Virus record (IMG/VR): IMGVR_UViG_3300037483_001670
Span: 118,424 to 182,423 of that record
Direction: 5' to 3' (one strand)
From: a virus
DNA: 64,000 nucleotides
The translations under genes were made by a program, and so were the position numbers. Shown one piece after another: positions 62,411-64,000 of this stretch; position 1 is the first letter of the stretch, and every line of letters starts with the position of its first letter. The notes under the pieces were generated by a model that saw only the letters and a program-made list of their open reading frames with translations, was not told the DNA's origin and searched no databases.

Positions 62411-63352
62411 ATGTCGTACGCAGGTATCGAAGTTCCGATCACGGGTCCTGGCGGCGCGAAGAGCGTCGAGACGCCCGTTGCGAGCGCGATCGATTGCGGT
62501 TCGCCGCTCGTGCTTCAGCAAATGCTGGGGGACCTCGGTTACTACGGGGGAGAGGTCACGGGCTTCTTCAACGCGAACACGTTCTCGGCGCTCGAGCGCT
62601 TCGCGGCCGACGTCGGCGCGGAGTACACGCCAGGGTTCTACCCGAACGATGTGCATTGCGGCGCGATCATCGCGGCGTGGACCAACCGGCGCATCGGCAA
62701 GGATCCCTTTCCGAAGCCAGGCGTGCCGGCCGTGATGCCGAGCTTCACGCCTGATCAGGCGGTGCCGCGCATCCAGAAGACGCTTGCGGCGCTCGCCAAG
62801 CAGAAACCTGCGTGCCCCTCGTGCTCCCCTTGCGCAGTTCCAGGCTTCTCAGGATTCTTGGGCCTCGGAGCGTTCGGCCTGGGCGCGTTCGGCACGCAGC
62901 CTACCATCGGGCAAGGCAAACCGGCCAACCCCGCTGCGACGAAGCTCTGGCAGACGTTCCTCGGCCAAGTCATCGAGCCGGCTCCGAAGGTCGACGGTGT
63001 TTTCGGGTCGGGCACGACGAGCGCGACGAAGGCCTTTCAGAAGGGCGCGGGGCTCACGGCCGACGGCATCGTGGGCCCGACGACCTGGACGCGTGCGGAT
63101 GCCGTGGCCGCTTCGCTCGCGGCCCCAGCGGCGCCCCCGGGCGGCGGAGCGCCAGTCGTCGTTCCTCCGCCGGGCAGTGAGACGACCGCCGTCGTGTCGG
63201 CGACGAACGGTGGTGGAGGTCCGCTTGCGAACGCCAAAATCTGGTGGGGCGAGCAGACGAAGACGACGCAGTACGCGGTCATGGGCGGTGGAGCCGTCGC
63301 CCTCATCGGTCTTCTCATGTTGGCCACGCGTAGCGGCGAGGAGGCGGCCTAA
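62411..63352 (+). CDS. tail-anchored protein with two peptidoglycan-binding domains
   Basis: LQQMLGDLGYY..VTGFF; VDGVFGSGTTSATKAFQKGAGLTADGIVGPTTW; TM. Confidence 0.8.
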   Translation: MSYAGIEVPITGPGGAKSVETPVASAIDCGSPLVLQQMLGDLGYYGGEVTGFFNANTFSALERFAADVGAEYTPGFYPNDVHCGAIIAAWTNRRIGKDPFPKPGVPAVMPSFTPDQAVPRIQKTLAALAKQKPACPSCSPCAVPGFSGFLGLGAFGLGAFGTQPTIGQGKPANPAATKLWQTFLGQVIEPAPKVDGVFGSGTTSATKAFQKGAGLTADGIVGPTTWTRADAVAASLAAPAAPPGGGAPVVVPPPGSETTAVVSATNGGGGPLANAKIWWGEQTKTTQYAVMGGGAVALIGLLMLATRSGEEAA

Positions 63353-63364
63353 GGGCCAGGGGCT

Positions 63365-64000
63365 ATGTCTTACTCGATCGTTGGCGGACGACGCGGGCTC
63401 GACGGCTACCCCATGGCGTACATGGCGGGTCCAAACTCGCCGCAGGCCGCGGTCGTCAAGGAGACGGGGCCGGTTTGCGGTTTCCAGATCGCCGCGCAGG
63501 TGATGTTGAAGGACTTCGGGTTTGGCGCAGGCGCGGCGAGCACGTTCGACCCGAAGTTTCCCGACGACTTCCATAATTTTGCGGTCGCTTGGGGCATTCC
63601 GCATGTTGCGGGCACGCCAGTGAACGACCAAATGTGCGCCGTCCTCACGACGCAATGGAAGTCGGTGTCTCGTCCTGTGGCGGCAACTCCGTGGGTGATC
63701 GAGCGTAATCCGAGCCTGCCGATGCCTAAGCCGCCGCCGGTGGCGGTGGCTCCACCTCCTCCCGTGTACGTGGCTCCCCCGCCGCCGGTGTACGTGGCAC
63801 CGCCACCACCCCCTCCCCCTCCTCCTCCGGTCTACGTGGCCCCGCCGCCGCCACCTCCTCCCGTGTACGTGGCACCCCCCCCGCCGCCGCCCGTGCAGGT
63901 GCCCGTTGCGGTGGCGCCGATCGTCATCCCGCCGGCGCAGCCCACGTACGTCTCGCCGACGCCGCCACCGTTGCCCATTACGGCAGCGCCGCCCCCACCG
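63365..64000 (+). CDS. MSY-family protein with extensin-like PPPVYVA repeats (runs off window end)
   Basis: hand translation MSYSIVGGRRGLDG...APPPPVYVAPPPPVYVAPPPP. Confidence 0.75.
   Translation, partial: MSYSIVGGRRGLDGYPMAYMAGPNSPQAAVVKETGPVCGFQIAAQVMLKDFGFGAGAASTFDPKFPDDFHNFAVAWGIPHVAGTPVNDQMCAVLTTQWKSVSRPVAATPWVIERNPSLPMPKPPPVAVAPPPPVYVAPPPPVYVAPPPPPPPPPPVYVAPPPPPPPVYVAPPPPPPVQVPVAVAPIVIPPAQPTYVSPTPPPLPITAAPPPP

Larger units (their letters stand above)
1..64000. mobile_element. segment of a large bacterial virus genome (probably tailless, membrane-containing)
   Basis: tRNA array, endolysin/holin candidates, DnaB+primase, many small hypothetical ORFs with overlapping start/stop codons, no ribosomal or core metabolic genes. 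Confidence 0.85.

Overview
GC-rich, densely coded window that looks like part of a large bacterial virus genome. It has four regions. (1) 0.4-12.9 kb: an array of 34 minus-strand tRNA genes (18 amino acids; no Ser or Ile-GAU in this window), interspersed with two HNH nucleases, an RNase AS-like exonuclease, a sigma70-region-4 fusion, a C39-like peptidase and a frameshifted FkbM methyltransferase. (2) 14-44 kb, minus strand: lysis genes (goose-type lysozyme endolysin, lipoprotein, holin candidates, a second SLT-like muramidase), four tandem paralogous spike-like proteins, about 14 small membrane-anchored proteins, a transglutaminase-fold cysteine protease and a long coiled-coil protein. (3) 44-52 kb: a replication module with an initiator-like gene carrying 11 iteron-like repeats, a DnaB helicase and a TOPRIM primase. 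(4) 53.6-64 kb, plus strand: a very Arg/Lys-rich protamine-like protein with a membrane-type C-terminus, three consecutive beta-rich jelly-roll-like capsid candidates, and more tail-anchored proteins starting with MSY. I could not recognise a terminase, portal, HK97 capsid, tail tube/sheath, tape measure or integrase in the window. Best overall inference: a large, tailless, lipid-containing virus of a high-GC bacterium (possibly Myxococcota) with a proteolytically matured nucleoprotein core. All protein family calls rest on motifs read by eye. No database search or structure prediction was run, and many start codons were re-chosen by hand.
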